Made by a program: the position numbers and the translations under genes
Notes under the pieces: model-generated
The model's database searches: none
What the model saw: the letters and a program-made list of their open reading frames with translations, nothing else
What the model was told of the DNA's origin: nothing
Shown: one piece after another, positions 61,986 through 64,000 of the stretch
Numbering within the stretch: position 1 is the first letter of the stretch
Layout of the letters: each line of letters begins with the position of its first letter
NCBI GenBank assembly: GCA_002269645.1
Contig: NIVC01003490.1
Coordinates: forward strand, 31,104 to 95,103
Reading direction: 5' to 3'
Source: Macrostomum lignano
Taxonomy: Eukaryota
Length of the DNA stretch: 64,000 bases

Positions 61986-64000
61986 AGCTGCTCCGATCTG
62001 TAAGCAGCAATTGTCTCTGCATAGTGTAGGACTGATAACCCCCTCTCCATGAACTTGAATGCTTAAAAGCCTATTTTTAGGGTTTCAGAAGAAAACGCAA
62101 TGATGCGATTTGACAAGTCTGTCTGGTAGCAAATTGACGCGTCAGCCGCCCATTGTATTGCAGCAGCAGGTTTGCCAGCTCTTTGCATCCGTCATCCTGA
62201 GAGCCCCCGACTGTTCCCATCAACTCGGTTCTGCAAACGTACTCATTTTGACAGTAGTAAAGAATATTCCTCAAGGCACGCAAGTGGGACGTTTTCATGC
62301 CAGGAAAAATTTTGACAGATAGGAGCAGAGACGCGGCAAGGGCGGGTCGAGGCGGGGCATCAGCTGCTGCAGAAATTCAGGTACAGCGCGAGGCTCCCCG
62401 CGCCTCATTTCCTGATTCATTCGTGTTGAAAAAGCAACCTCAGACCGTTCTCTACTCAGTTTCCACCCTTGAGTACCGGCCTTTCCCTCGGCTGCCATTC
62501 TCTTTGTTCTTTTTCTTTATAGACACAAAATCAAGCCAGAGCATCAGTAGCGCGCTAACAACCTATCCTTTCTTTCTCGGACTGCTAAGACTGACCGAAC
62601 AGCTCAGTCAGACGGAAACATCACATTTTGCATTCATTATACTAGACTGTACAATCTTCAGGTACTCATGTGAAACACCCAGTCGATTCTGTTTGAGCCT
62701 GATGTCTCATCCAATTCATTGATCTAATCCCAATTACAAGCCGTGCATGGCTGCTCCTCTTCATGTCAGCAACATCCGTGATCTTCTATCCTATTATTTT
62801 CAGCTAGCAGCAGAGTGGGGTTGTTTTATTTAAATAAATTTTCAAAAAGCAAGTATTGCGTCGCATCATTTCGAGCGCTACCATCAGTAAAAGTATCTGA
62901 GAACGGACGAACTAACCAGCTGCAGTAGGTATTGGAGAGCTAAAATTCTAACAAGATTACAGTAGACATCAAATTGTCAGTTTTACTGTGCATATTTTCT
63001 GTTCTGTAGCTTGTATTGATTAGCCTTCCAGCCAAAATGAGAAGGCGTTTTACGGCTGGATAGCAATAAACTAAGGGCTCGGAGCTACGAAATTCCTTCC
63101 TAATGCGTCGTCTTAATTTCTACGGCGGGCTTCTACCCTGATAACTGGCAGGGTTCCTTCAAAGCCAAGGAAAAGGAAGCAACGAGAGAGAGGAGAAGGA
63201 AAACTATGGGAAATCTTCCCCTTAACTGGGCTGCGACAGATGGCCGACGTTCTTAGTTAAGCCTCGTCATCCTCGCAGAGTTGGGGCAACGGAGGGGAAC
63301 GTAAAAAATCAGCATCTATCTCTCATGTGGCCTGTAAAAGTTAATTAACAACAGGAACCTGGGACCGATTTTTCCAGTTCAAGGAAACCTTGCAGGCGGG
63401 AGTTTTCTATTTTCAACTTCGAAAACTCCCAGCTAGTAGGTCAGTTGCATCAGTTCCGCGACTCTCTGAACGCACTTGCGTGCCCGAACTCTAGCTGGTA
63501 AACAGTCAATACGAGTTTGGAAAGTTCATCTTACATGGGAAACTCAATTTTCATTGATGCTAACCACATTCAATGCCTCTTAAACTGTATTTATAAACTT
63601 TGCTACCCTTCAATTCTCTTAGAGTCTTAGAGGTCCCACAGTGTTCAGCTAGCTGCGAAGGCGTAATCAATACAGCTGTAACATTAAAATGTAAAAGTTC
63701 ATACACTTCCTTGACAGTTTTCATTTCCTTCTCAAAACGTGTCTGCGCACCTTACCTACACTCGTAGCTATCCTAACTGCTTGAACTTTCGTATTGATCC
63801 AGCTACCCCATGACTTCCTTTTAAGTGTAACTATGCTCCTTGTTTCACCTTTTCTGTCTTTCTCTCTTCCATTCATCAATGCTAATCTTTTTTAAAAAAA
63901 ACGTGACCTAATATTAAAGATCAGGTGCCTTTCTGGCTCGTACACTTGGAAATCATACAGTTCTTTATCAGGTACTCTGATTGAAGTTGATTTTTGAAAC

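Noticed and set aside
63756-63886. Possible upstream CBARP-like exon (phase-compatible, GTAAGG donor)
   Set aside because: Purine-rich weak acceptor and no motif similarity; cannot be supported.

Overview
Eukaryotic (metazoan) genomic DNA: GT-AG introns, GC-rich exons and AT-rich or minisatellite-filled introns. The style (huge (TCTG)n/(GACA)n tracts, private intronic minisatellites, Ala-run-rich exons) suggests a flatworm such as Macrostomum; this is inference only. Gene models were built by hand from splice signals, exon phase and motifs recalled from human proteins; no searches were run. Genes: RSPH10B (12 exons, minus, 270-10337); SLC17A9/VNUT (4 exons, plus, 16124-22564); a dystroglycan-tail-like membrane protein exon (minus, 26435-27069); RAD54L (6 exons without a start codon, minus, 28319-41737); intronless SF3B6 (minus, 43037-43408); an orphan intronless 833-aa ORF (plus, 50707-53208); and the 3' part of a CBARP/BARP-like gene (minus, 55091-60344+). 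Mobile DNA: an intact DD37E Tc1/mariner element, mariner relics, an LTR with a tRNA-Leu primer-binding site, tRNA-headed SINEs and several MITEs. Most interesting: RAD54L's first visible exon begins exactly at R-R-S-L-A-P-S with no in-frame ATG. It lies about 1.3 kb downstream of SF3B6 and about 1.25 kb upstream of the dystroglycan-like exon on the same strand. This suggests a spliced-leader trans-spliced operon in which the leader's terminal AUG supplies the initiator Met.
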